Origin: a virus
Strand: one strand, 5' to 3'
IMG/VR virus record: IMGVR_UViG_3300044634_002252
Location: 1 to 64,000 of that record
Length of the DNA stretch: 64,000 nt
A program made the position numbers and the translations under genes. This document shows, piece after piece, positions 1-8,086 of the stretch. Below the pieces are notes generated by a model. The model saw only the letters and a list, made by a program, of their open reading frames with translations, searched no databases and was not told the origin of the DNA. Numbering within the stretch: the first letter of the stretch is position 1; each line of letters opens with the position of its first letter.

Positions 1-2
1 AG

Positions 3-173
3 ATGACTGGTGATGAAATGAGAAAGCAAGTCATGGAGTGGTATCAGAAGTCTTGTGGCCTAAGGTTTATTTCAGCTGTTTCTACTAATCCTAGTTTTGG
101 TGAGGATGGTTGGGTTCACATTATTAGTCAGTTTGAAGATACTGATGACGATGAGGACGACGAAGACATGTAG
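3..173 (+). CDS. hypothetical phage protein, C-terminal part (probably starts before window)
   Basis: Open frame 3 to TAG at 171-173 (WYQKSCGLRFISAV...acidic tail), followed by a hairpin. Confidence 0.6.
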   Translation: MTGDEMRKQVMEWYQKSCGLRFISAVSTNPSFGEDGWVHIISQFEDTDDDEDDEDM

Positions 174-366
174 CGCATTCCCTTACTTCCTTTCTGGAGT
201 GCACTACGGTCCTGGCTATGACCTAAAACTGGCTACAACTTTAGGCGCACCACATAAATGGATCAGTATCAACAGTTTAAGAAGAATTAAGAAAACGTCC
301 CGAAACCCCTTGATAATGTCGGTGGGTAGTAGTAAAATGATACTACCCGAAAAGAAAGGAACCCCA

Positions 367-870
367 ATGGGAACCAGAAACCTAACAGTAGTAAAAGACA
401 AAGCAGGGAAAAACAAGATTGCTCAATACGGACAATGGGATGGCTACCCTAGCTATTCAGGTGTTCAGGCTTTAGAGTTTCTAAGAGATGAAGGAAACCA
501 GGCCTTGCTATCAGCTAAGCTAGACCTTGTACAGTTTGTTGGTGATGAGGAAGTAGACACATTGTATAAACAGTATGAGTCTACTGATTGGGAGAATAAA
601 GATTTCCTAAACGCATACCCTGGACTTCACAGAGATACTGGTGTCGGTATCCTATCGGTAGTTGCTAACGCCATTACACCTATCAAGACTGTTGATAATA
701 CAGAGTTTGCTAAAGATGAACTGTTTTGTGAAGGCATCTATGAAGTAGACTTCAAGACTAATAAGTTTATTACTACCTATGCTGACAAGAAGGTTGAGTT
801 TGACCTTTCCAATCTGCCAACAGATGAAGAATACCTATCCCAGTGGGAAGTACAACAAGTTGCTGGATAA
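367..870 (+). CDS. hypothetical phage protein (YGQWDGYP motif)
   Basis: RBS AGAAAGGA then ACCCCA-ATG at 367 inside ORF 97..870; MGTRNLT...YGQWDGYP is a recurring phage early-gene pattern. Confidence 0.8.
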   Translation: MGTRNLTVVKDKAGKNKIAQYGQWDGYPSYSGVQALEFLRDEGNQALLSAKLDLVQFVGDEEVDTLYKQYESTDWENKDFLNAYPGLHRDTGVGILSVVANAITPIKTVDNTEFAKDELFCEGIYEVDFKTNKFITTYADKKVEFDLSNLPTDEEYLSQWEVQQVAG

Positions 871-1039
871 TCTAGATACTAAATACCTAACAGGGGACAT
901 CGCAAAGGATGTTCAGTTTATCAAAGATAGCCTTAGTATTGATGACAAAGAGTTCTTTAGAAGGGCTATGGCTAACATAATGTCTGAGGGTAATGCTAGA
1001 ATTGACTTACTTACTGGAGAGGAACTAGAACAGCTATGA
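860..1039 (+). CDS. hypothetical protein
   Basis: TTG start overlapping previous gene within ORF 779..1039. Confidence 0.55.
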   Translation: MLDNLDTKYLTGDIAKDVQFIKDSLSIDDKEFFRRAMANIMSEGNARIDLLTGEELEQL

Positions 1040-1230
1040 TGAAACTAACAAGCACAGACCTAAAGACTTGGCAAGTAGAGTATTCGGCTGCTTACTGGGT
1101 AGAGGCTACAAGTGAAGATGAAGCTATTGAAAAGGCTATGGAGATACACGCTGATTTGCCAGACGGTAGTTGGGAAGCTATGATTGACCCCTATGATAGC
1201 AACAACTTCAATACCCTTGGAGAAAAGTAA
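1036..1230 (+). CDS. hypothetical acidic protein (VEAxSEDEA motif)
   Basis: ORF with overlapping ends; motif shared with 1635..1814. Confidence 0.7.
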   Translation: MMKLTSTDLKTWQVEYSAAYWVEATSEDEAIEKAMEIHADLPDGSWEAMIDPYDSNNFNTLGEK

Positions 1231-1424
1231 TGGCAAAGGCTAAGATAAGCATTGTTCTAGAGTATGACCTAGATAACCACTTTGAAAGTTTGGGGTATAG
1301 AGACCTAAAGCCTGAAACTATTATTGATGACCTAGAAGATAATGTGTATGAGGATTTGATTGACCTTATGCGTAATGATAAGCTAAAGTCTTGGGCTTAC
1401 TATGAGATAGTAGATGGGAAATGA
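1230..1424 (+). CDS. hypothetical acidic protein
   Basis: TAATG overlap, RBS GGAG. Confidence 0.7.
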   Translation: MAKAKISIVLEYDLDNHFESLGYRDLKPETIIDDLEDNVYEDLIDLMRNDKLKSWAYYEIVDGK

Positions 1425-1569
1425 TGGAGCACGAATGCGTTCCACTTCTCGATGGAGACACTTGGTGTCTATGTGGAAAAGATCTGGAAACCTAGCCAGA
1501 CCCCGAAAGGGGTGCGCCAGCTTTATGTATATATAAACTATTAGATCTAAAAAATTAATTACGAAGCAC

Positions 1570-1598
1570 TTGACTTTCCCCCCAGATTCTGAGATAAT
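1570..1598 (+). promoter_or_regulatory. sigma70/SigA-type promoter
   Basis: TTGACT-N17-GATAAT upstream of 1635. Confidence 0.7.
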
Positions 1599-1634
1599 TG
1601 AGTATCAAAATCCAAAGACCCCTTAGGAGATAAA

Positions 1635-1814
1635 ATGCCAGAATTCAAAGTACAAAGAGAATACACCAACTGGGAAGAGATTACAGTTGAAGCTGATTCA
1701 GAAGAGGAAGCTCTATCTCTAGCAGAAGATGAAAGTATTTGGGAGTACGCCTATGACGTAAACTCATACAACTACACAGGTGAGACTTGGATTGGAGATA
1801 TTGCAGATGAGTAA
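1635..1814 (+). CDS. hypothetical acidic protein, 59 aa (not in ORF track)
   Basis: RBS AGGAG, MPEFKVQREY...VEADSEEEALSLA...; resembles 1036..1230. Confidence 0.7.
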   Translation: MPEFKVQREYTNWEEITVEADSEEEALSLAEDESIWEYAYDVNSYNYTGETWIGDIADE

Positions 1815-1910
1815 GAAGCATGTTCATTACTATAGCTATGGAGCTTGCACATGGTGTGGCAAGGCAGTAAACAAAGGCCTTGGCGTAGACTTATTAAGAG
1901 GGAAGAAAGT

Positions 1911-2144
1911 ATGAGCCAGATTTATGCTGATAAGAAGCCTAGTGTAAAAGATACTACTTGGACAAGGATCTTCCACTACAATACCGTCCAGGTTATGGAA
2001 TCAGATCGATACTACGACTTTTATAAGTTAGTTATTGATGGACAAAGACCTAAGTATTTCTTTGGTGAGACAGCTTGGATGGATTGCCAGAGAGCAGCAG
2101 TTGACAAAGTTGGCATGTCAGGCTATAATATATTTAGGAAATAA
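1911..2144 (+). CDS. hypothetical protein
   Basis: ATG 1911 (MSQIYADKK) in ORF 1845..2144. Confidence 0.65.
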   Translation: MSQIYADKKPSVKDTTWTRIFHYNTVQVMESDRYYDFYKLVIDGQRPKYFFGETAWMDCQRAAVDKVGMSGYNIFRK

Positions 2145-2166
2145 CCCCAAGTAGAAAGCAGACCCC

Positions 2167-2709
2167 ATGCATGTATTACAGTGGATAGCTACACAAGCTG
2201 AAGATAAAGATGAAGCATATCGTAGAGTAGAAGATACTCTACAGACTATGCTAGGCGACTTTGAATCACCAACCCATACTTGGTATGATTGGTTTGTTGT
2301 TGGTGGTGGACGGTGGAACATGACCGAGGAAGACGACAACGATGAGGCCTATACTGAGGGCAAGACTAATATGATTCTTTCATATGACGAAGACCCAGAA
2401 CCTTTCCTAACTCGTATCCTAAGGACTATGGAAGACCGTAAGTCAGAGTTTGACGGATATGCTAAGGATGTGGATAGCAGTATCTTAGATAAGATAATCA
2501 AAGACTATAATCCCAAAGAGTTCGACTTCCCTGCATTTCAGTCTCTTTATCCTATCAAGAAGCTAATTGATATGGCTTATGGTACTTGGGACTTCAATTC
2601 CTATTTCTATGACATGGTCAATGATACAACTACTTCAAAATATTTGTATGATTCTATTGACACAGGCAACAAAAACTGGTATCTTGTACCTGTAGACTTT
2701 CACTTCTAA
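2167..2709 (+). CDS. hypothetical phage protein (WYDWFVVGGGRW ... VPVDFHF)
   Basis: 180-aa ORF; WDW-GGRW and terminal VDxH pattern seen in phage early proteins. Confidence 0.8.
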   Translation: MHVLQWIATQAEDKDEAYRRVEDTLQTMLGDFESPTHTWYDWFVVGGGRWNMTEEDDNDEAYTEGKTNMILSYDEDPEPFLTRILRTMEDRKSEFDGYAKDVDSSILDKIIKDYNPKEFDFPAFQSLYPIKKLIDMAYGTWDFNSYFYDMVNDTTTSKYLYDSIDTGNKNWYLVPVDFHF

Positions 2710-2719
2710 GGAGACCCCA

Positions 2720-3112
2720 ATGACAAATTATGTATCCCTAACTTGGAAAGAGTTTGAGGAACAGTTCAAGCCTATCAAGAATCACTTAGTTCCTGACCCC
2801 AACCAGCAGATGTTTGAGACCTACGGTGATGAGGTAGAGTTTGTTATTTCTCAGGTTGTAGATAGAAAGGTCTGGACCTATGCTGACGGAGACTACTGTA
2901 GCTTTGTTAGCAATGGCTATCACTATGTAAATAGGATTGGCTATTATGTTTGTGAGGTTCCTTATGACGAGGATACCGAGTATGAGATTATCACTAGCAC
3001 CGAGGAAGAATGTGAGTGCTACAACGAAGATGGTTATGAAGATGGAGAGATGGGCAAAGCAGATTGCCCCAATTGCGAAGGGTATGGACTTGTCACTAAA
3101 TACAATGACTAG
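2720..3112 (+). CDS. hypothetical protein with C-terminal Cys motif (CPNCEGYG)
   Basis: RBS AAGGAG, ORF. Confidence 0.75.
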   Translation: MTNYVSLTWKEFEEQFKPIKNHLVPDPNQQMFETYGDEVEFVISQVVDRKVWTYADGDYCSFVSNGYHYVNRIGYYVCEVPYDEDTEYEIITSTEEECECYNEDGYEDGEMGKADCPNCEGYGLVTKYND

Positions 3113-3458
3113 AAACAAGAATGCAGGCCGAGAGAGGCATGTGTATGATTTGAACATTTACCAGCTGGAACAGCTTAATGGGGATGGTGAGTATGAGTAC
3201 ATGGGGCCATGGTATATACACATCTATGACTACTATGAAAAGAATATCACGGAGGTATCTGCTCCGATCGAATTAACACCACAAGAGACTGAAGCGCTTA
3301 TCACTAATGATTCTTACTATGATGAGTTGGACGTCTGGTATGGCCTAGATGGGTTTATGTTGGAGAAGTGGAATGTAATGTCAGACAGGCTAAAGATGAT
3401 TTTTGAAACCCTCCCCAAGTACCGTGACGACGTAGAAGGATATTTAGTATATAACTAA
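3105..3458 (+). CDS. hypothetical protein
   Basis: ATG 3105 overlapping upstream gene, in ORF 2937..3458. Confidence 0.65.
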   Translation: MTRNKNAGRERHVYDLNIYQLEQLNGDGEYEYMGPWYIHIYDYYEKNITEVSAPIELTPQETEALITNDSYYDELDVWYGLDGFMLEKWNVMSDRLKMIFETLPKYRDDVEGYLVYN

Positions 3459-3559
3459 ACAAGGAGTGATGCGTCGAGCCTAGCTCCGCATCATGGATAG
3501 CTGGTTAGGGGTAGCCAGGGTATCCAATCGGGGTGTCAGGACTTTTCCTACTTTCAGTC

Positions 3560-3588
3560 TTGACACCCCACCTAATTTTTGGTACAAT
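3560..3588 (+). promoter_or_regulatory. sigma70/SigA-type promoter
   Basis: TTGACA-N17-TACAAT, then RBS AGGAG and ATG 3606. Confidence 0.8.
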
Positions 3589-3605
3589 GACATAGGAGAA
3601 TAATA

Positions 3606-3806
3606 ATGAGACACATAAAGCCAACAAAAGAACTGCGAGTGGCAAAGACAATGTCGGACTTGGTAAATGACCTAACGCTTGACCTTGAGCAAGTTGGAAT
3701 CTACTTAGCAACCAACAATGGAATCTCGTACAGGCGTATTCAGATGATAGCTGAATCTGCTAAGCACGAGAGGGAAGAAGCTTGGAGGGAAATTTCAATT
3801 GACTAA
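3606..3806 (+). CDS. hypothetical protein
   Basis: Promoter, RBS and ORF. Confidence 0.75.
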   Translation: MRHIKPTKELRVAKTMSDLVNDLTLDLEQVGIYLATNNGISYRRIQMIAESAKHEREEAWREISID

Positions 3807-4071
3807 GTTTTCGGATAAATGTGGCATCCTAGGTGAGCTATGGATGGACTACAGAGATGACGAAGAGTTCCTAGACTTCATAGAATATAATGACCTAGGA
3901 CTTCCTTTGGGTTACATGATTTCTGCTGGCATAGTTCAGACAGCAACGCCTAAGGGTGAAGAGATTATCGAAGAAACGTTCGACCTATTTCTAGGTGCTA
4001 TGAACATCAAGGATACTGGGTTCGACACTTTGGATGATGTTTTCGACAAGGCTTCAGAGGCAAAGGACTAA
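3799..4071 (+). CDS. hypothetical acidic protein
   Basis: TTG start overlapping upstream gene, GGAGG upstream. Confidence 0.7.
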   Translation: MTKFSDKCGILGELWMDYRDDEEFLDFIEYNDLGLPLGYMISAGIVQTATPKGEEIIEETFDLFLGAMNIKDTGFDTLDDVFDKASEAKD

Positions 4072-4289
4072 ACTAAATGATCTGGCTTCGGCCAGGCATT
4101 TGGCGCACCACATCTTTGCCTATTTGTCAAGGGTATTAAGATAACGATTTGATTACGATCGATCTATATTTTTCCCTGAAATATACAAACCTTTTTACCC
4201 TATAGACATTACGATCCAAACCTAAAAAATCCCAGAAAGTTGGATATAAGGTTTGGGGGTATCAATGAATACACTGCTATACTTGATAT

Positions 4290-4484
4290 ATGAGCCCTAG
4301 AAGATACTTCCAAGTATTTAGCAATATGCCTATACCTGACTATGATAAAGATCTAGGTACTACTCTATGGTCTGCCTTTACTGCTATCAGTGGTTTTGAT
4401 AAGTTATTTAGATTTACCCCGCCTACAATCACTAATGGTTTGGATAATGATAAGGCATCTACAGATCAAGATCAAGATAAATAG
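4290..4484 (+). CDS. hypothetical protein (leaderless)
   Basis: TATACT-N6-ATG, 64-aa ORF. Confidence 0.5.
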   Translation: MSPRRYFQVFSNMPIPDYDKDLGTTLWSAFTAISGFDKLFRFTPPTITNGLDNDKASTDQDQDK

Positions 4485-4621
4485 ACATTACGATAGTCTA
4501 AAAAATTTCGGGGAATAACCAAATCATTCTGACAAATATCCCCTATATATATAACAATAACAAACCATTTATCCCTGATATCTGGATATTTTTATAGGGG
4601 TTTTTAGCTACAAATATACAA

Positions 4622-4698
4622 GGTTTGGAGCTATAAAGGTTTGATATTTATATGGTTTGGCTATTGACATTATGATGGTTTGAGTGTATAATGGTTTG
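4622..4698 (+). repeat. iteron-like GGTTTG array
   Basis: GGTTTG at 4622, 4638, 4654, 4677, 4693 (mostly 16-bp spacing); more copies on both strands from 4186 to 4868. Confidence 0.7.
4664..4692 (+). promoter_or_regulatory. perfect consensus promoter in non-coding region
   Basis: TTGACA-N17-TATAAT. Confidence 0.7.
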
Positions 4699-4797
4699 AG
4701 AAAGATTACGATCCTTGATATTATAGGTTCCATTACACTATACTAATATCAAAACCTCTCTTCGCTATCCAAACCAATACAATCAGTAAGATCTATC

Positions 4798-4849
4798 TGT
4801 GGATAACTCTGTGTATAACTATGTTAATATGTGGATAACTTGTGTATAA
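4798..4849 (-). promoter_or_regulatory. four tandem DnaA boxes
   Basis: TGTGGATAA 4798-4806, TGTGTATAA 4810-4818, TGTGGATAA 4830-4838, TGTGTATAA 4841-4849 = TTATCCACA/TTATACACA on minus strand. Confidence 0.8.
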
Positions 4850-4949
4850 AAATGGGGGTATCCAAACCTCTATATGGGGGGATATGGGGCTATGGGGATA
4901 TCGCCTATCATGGTTTATTATCACTAGGGATAAGTGTTATACTTAGGAT

Positions 4950-5495
4950 ATGATTGTTGATATAAATACCCCAGATTTTTCTGTAGTCCATTTCCCTAGG
5001 TCAGGTGGAAAATACTTTACTCTTAACTATTGCTCTATGAGCAATGTTGAAGGGATTCATACCCATGATATGTCCAAACTTGAAAACAAGAATGTTCTTT
5101 CTATAGTAAGAGATCCTGTAGACTGCATTGCCTCCACTGTGATAGTTGCAATTTCTAGTAATCCATTAATTGATCCAGCAAGACTGGTTGATGAATGGAT
5201 AGAGGAATACCTGGAAGCGTATAGTGCCATTTTAGACTCTAGCTCTATTTTGGTTAGGTTTAACCACGTCATAAATAGGTTTGAAGTAATTGCCAAACAG
5301 CTCTCTAGTATATTTGGACACACCATCTTAAATAACTTTAGGAATGTTGCAGCTGAGAGCATAGCCAACTATTTGCCTAGTTCAAAGCCAAATCCCAACT
5401 ACGATGATGTACGTCAGCTAGTCTCTGCTAATCCACGTATTGAGCTATGCTATGAGATATACAATGAAGCATTATCTAAGTGCATGCGGATATAA
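4950..5495 (+). CDS. sulfotransferase-like protein
   Basis: HFPRSGGKY (5'-PSB loop-like) and VRDPVDCIAS (3'-PB-like); leaderless TATACT-N6-ATG. Confidence 0.6.
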   Translation: MIVDINTPDFSVVHFPRSGGKYFTLNYCSMSNVEGIHTHDMSKLENKNVLSIVRDPVDCIASTVIVAISSNPLIDPARLVDEWIEEYLEAYSAILDSSSILVRFNHVINRFEVIAKQLSSIFGHTILNNFRNVAAESIANYLPSSKPNPNYDDVRQLVSANPRIELCYEIYNEALSKCMRI

Positions 5496-5531
5496 AAAGG
5501 ATTACGATGCTTGAGCTTTGTTCCCCGAAAT

Positions 5532-5735
5532 TTATTTGATCTTTACGAACTTAGCCCAGATGCGCTCATGGATAAAGTATCCAACAGCTTCCCAAGCAAT
5601 GTAGAGCAAAGCTCCTAGAGTGGCATACTCCCATTCTCCTGTAAATAGGTAGATTACTCCAGCTACACCAATAAGGTGAAATGCTTCCCAGCTTAGGGTC
5701 TTAATCAAACTTCTCTTTGTGGTTTCCATACTCAT
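5532..5735 (-). CDS. DUF2061-like small membrane protein
   Basis: ETTKRSLIKTLSW...YFIHERIW. Confidence 0.75.
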   Translation of the reverse strand: MSMETTKRSLIKTLSWEAFHLIGVAGVIYLFTGEWEYATLGALLYIAWEAVGYFIHERIWAKFVKIK

Positions 5736-5736
5736 C

Positions 5737-6087
5737 CTATTCTGTGACCAGCCAGTCCATAAGTTCTGGATTATCTCTCATGAACATGAGCAAAGCGTTC
5801 TCATAGATACCGATAAAGTAGTGCTCCCACTTTTCATACTCTGAATCCTTCTCTGGCAAACCATTCTCAAAGATCATACGCATAGCATGAAGAATCTCAT
5901 GCATTAGTACTACCTTCTGTTTGCTTAATGCTATGTCGTTTGCTACGACAATTAAATTACCCTGGTCAAGAGTATATCCCTGAGAACCATCGTTTAGCAT
6001 ACCATCTAAATTGGTATCACGATATTCTACTTCATACGTCTGTGGCCCAACCTTGACAGACTTGGGTCTTGCATCTTTTACGACCAT
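5737..6087 (-). CDS. HExxH zinc-metallopeptidase-like protein
   Basis: LMHEILHA and a downstream E. Confidence 0.65.
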   Translation of the reverse strand: MVVKDARPKSVKVGPQTYEVEYRDTNLDGMLNDGSQGYTLDQGNLIVVANDIALSKQKVVLMHEILHAMRMIFENGLPEKDSEYEKWEHYFIGIYENALLMFMRDNPELMDWLVTE

Positions 6088-6114
6088 GATTCTTCCTTAG
6101 CTTAATTTACTACA

Positions 6115-6144
6115 ATTATACCGTATTTGGGGGTTGGCTGTCAA
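6115..6144 (-). promoter_or_regulatory. sigma70/SigA-type promoter
   Basis: TTGACA-N18-TATAAT on minus strand. Confidence 0.75.
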
Positions 6145-6147
6145 GGA

Positions 6148-6348
6148 CTAAAATACCCCCCATTTAACCCTTAGCCAGAACCTCTCGTGGAGGTAATATA
6201 AAATGAAATTAATAAGGTTAGACACTATGGACAGGGAGGCAGCAACTTCCCAGCTTCCAGTCATTACATATCCAACCAGGAAAGTCACTACAACGGCTAT
6301 CAGCCTCCAGGTAATGGATTTAGCTAGCGAGCGTCTCTTACTTACCAT
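6148..6348 (-). CDS. DUF2061-like small membrane protein
   Basis: SKRRSLAKSITWR...YYLHERFW. Confidence 0.8.
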   Translation of the reverse strand: MVSKRRSLAKSITWRLIAVVVTFLVGYVMTGSWEVAASLSIVSNLINFILYYLHERFWLRVKWGVF

Positions 6349-6547
6349 CTAGATCCCAGTCTCCAGCATACCCAAAGCATACCCCACCTGTAGTCATATC
6401 CCAGACAGCGATCTCTCCAAGCTGTAGATACTTTGTCTGGTTAGGAGACGTAATGTGGAACATCCACTTACCCTCTGGTATAGCAAACTCAGTATCAACA
6501 TCACTCATTAGGTTAATGTGTGTGTCCCTCTTAGCTGTTGCAAACAT
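6338..6547 (-). CDS. hypothetical protein
   Basis: ORF packed in operon. Confidence 0.6.
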   Translation of the reverse strand: MFATAKRDTHINLMSDVDTEFAIPEGKWMFHITSPNQTKYLQLGEIAVWDMTTGGVCFGYAGDWDLDGK

Positions 6548-6548
6548 G

Positions 6549-6827
6549 CTAGAAGATAGTGTTTTCGTCTTCGGAGATTACGATAGGTACAATAATCTCC
6601 TTAATCTTATTAAGCATGATTACGTCTGTACCCTTGCCAGATTCCAATGCCCATTGGATATGCATATCTAGGATAGTCTGGATCCTTTCTCGCTCAGCCT
6701 CAGCACCTGTGTTAAATGCCTCTAGGGCATAGTTGTCTCTGTAGTCAGCAAACCCAGCATCGTACCCATTGGAGTAGTATCTATTAGCGTACTTCTCAAT
6801 CTTCTTGGTTATTTTTTTTATGTTCAT
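6549..6827 (-). CDS. hypothetical protein, paralog of 11598..11915
   Basis: Leaderless promoter; shared RIQ.ILD.HI.WA.ESG.G. Confidence 0.75.
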   Translation of the reverse strand: MNIKKITKKIEKYANRYYSNGYDAGFADYRDNYALEAFNTGAEAERERIQTILDMHIQWALESGKGTDVIMLNKIKEIIVPIVISEDENTIF

Positions 6828-6833
6828 ATAACC

Positions 6834-6900
6834 ATTATACCTGGGACAGTAGAGAATGTCAAGACGGAGTCTTGTATTAATCTCTTATTTTCGCCGAACT
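6834..6900 (-). promoter_or_regulatory. repeated promoter cassette, copy 1
   Basis: AGTTCGGCG...AATACAAG...TTGACA-N17-TATAAT-N6-ATG. Confidence 0.8.
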
Positions 6901-6901
6901 C

Positions 6902-7660
6902 TTAGTTATTAGTTTCAATAATGCGAGTGTAGGTAATTTCGCTGTTACCGTTACCTTTGGCCCAGCCCTTAATAGAACGTATCTCGGTCCTGTCTCCTGG
7001 CTTACCGCCTGCGTGAATCATCTCATCGGGGCCTATGTAGATTCCGATGTGATAGGCGCTACCATAGCTTTGGTAATTAAAGGATACAAGGTCTCCGATC
7101 TTGGGCTCAGTTACTATAGCTCCAGACACTCTTTGAACAGAAGCTCTGTGCTCAAGGTCAACGCCAAGATGGGCATAGGTCCACTTAACAAGTCCTGAAC
7201 AATCCCAGGCTTCTGGAGTGGATCCACTAAAGACCCAGGGGGTTTTGCCAACCTGCTTCTTGACCAAGACTAAGGTTTCGTTTAATGTCTTAGTATCGCT
7301 GGCAACCTTCTCCAGCCTAGCAATCTCTGCTTCTAGCTCATCCTGCTTTTTTTCAGCATCGGACTTGAGCTTATCCTTTGCTGCCTTTTCCTGGGCCATC
7401 CAATCGACTGAGCCGACAAGGGGTGGATCTGAAGCCAGGACTGGCCCAACAGCCAGCTCTAGAGCCTTCACTGGCCCTGAGAAGATAACTTCCTTTGTTA
7501 CTGGAGAATCAATTATCGGTGTTGGTTTTGTTACTTGTGTTACTGGTTGTTCTTTGTTCGATGTTTCTGTGGTTTCTAGCATAGCTCCAAAAGCTACCCC
7601 AGTACCACTTGTAAGTAGCAATGCAATCATACCAATTGCGATGAACCTTTTTCTTTCCAT
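6902..7660 (-). CDS. secreted NlpC/P60 cell-wall peptidase
   Basis: Signal peptide, coiled coil, GKTPWVFSG..WDCSGLV, HIGIYIG, MIHA. Confidence 0.9.
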   Translation of the reverse strand: MERKRFIAIGMIALLLTSGTGVAFGAMLETTETSNKEQPVTQVTKPTPIIDSPVTKEVIFSGPVKALELAVGPVLASDPPLVGSVDWMAQEKAAKDKLKSDAEKKQDELEAEIARLEKVASDTKTLNETLVLVKKQVGKTPWVFSGSTPEAWDCSGLVKWTYAHLGVDLEHRASVQRVSGAIVTEPKIGDLVSFNYQSYGSAYHIGIYIGPDEMIHAGGKPGDRTEIRSIKGWAKGNGNSEITYTRIIETNN

Positions 7661-7800
7661 TTGGCGACCTCCTTATTTATTTCTTGGTCGTTTATTGTTA
7701 GCGGGGGGTTCCCCTATTAAATTATAAACCCTCGTGGTTGAATAAATCCAGTCCAAAAGGGATACTACTATTTTACCACGAATTATGCAAAAATGGCATA

Positions 7801-8055
7801 TTACTTGGTGCTATCCTTCACCTTTGGCTTTAGGGTTTTAACTCTCTTTAGCCAAGGCTTTTCCGAATATCTAGCCCACTCATAGATAAAGATACAAACT
7901 GCAATAAGAAGCCCTAGTGAACCAGACTGTACAATGTAGTAGGTGCTTGGATCAATTAGATAGGTTTCCCATGGGAAGCTGTATGCTACTACTGGGAAGG
8001 CAATGATATTACCAAATACCACGGCAATTACAATACTCTTGTAAACGTTTTTCAT
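7801..8055 (-). CDS. small two-TM membrane protein
   Basis: Two hydrophobic segments, RBS AAGGAG. Confidence 0.65.
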   Translation of the reverse strand: MKNVYKSIVIAVVFGNIIAFPVVAYSFPWETYLIDPSTYYIVQSGSLGLLIAVCIFIYEWARYSEKPWLKRVKTLKPKVKDSTK

Positions 8056-8086
8056 TTGTTCTCCTTGTTATAAAATCTTATCTACC

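Noticed and set aside
97-366. N-terminal extensions in the ORF track (97..870, also 11947..12657 and 44830..45456)
   Set aside because: They run through intergenic promoters or neighbouring genes; internal starts have an RBS, a leaderless -10 or translational coupling
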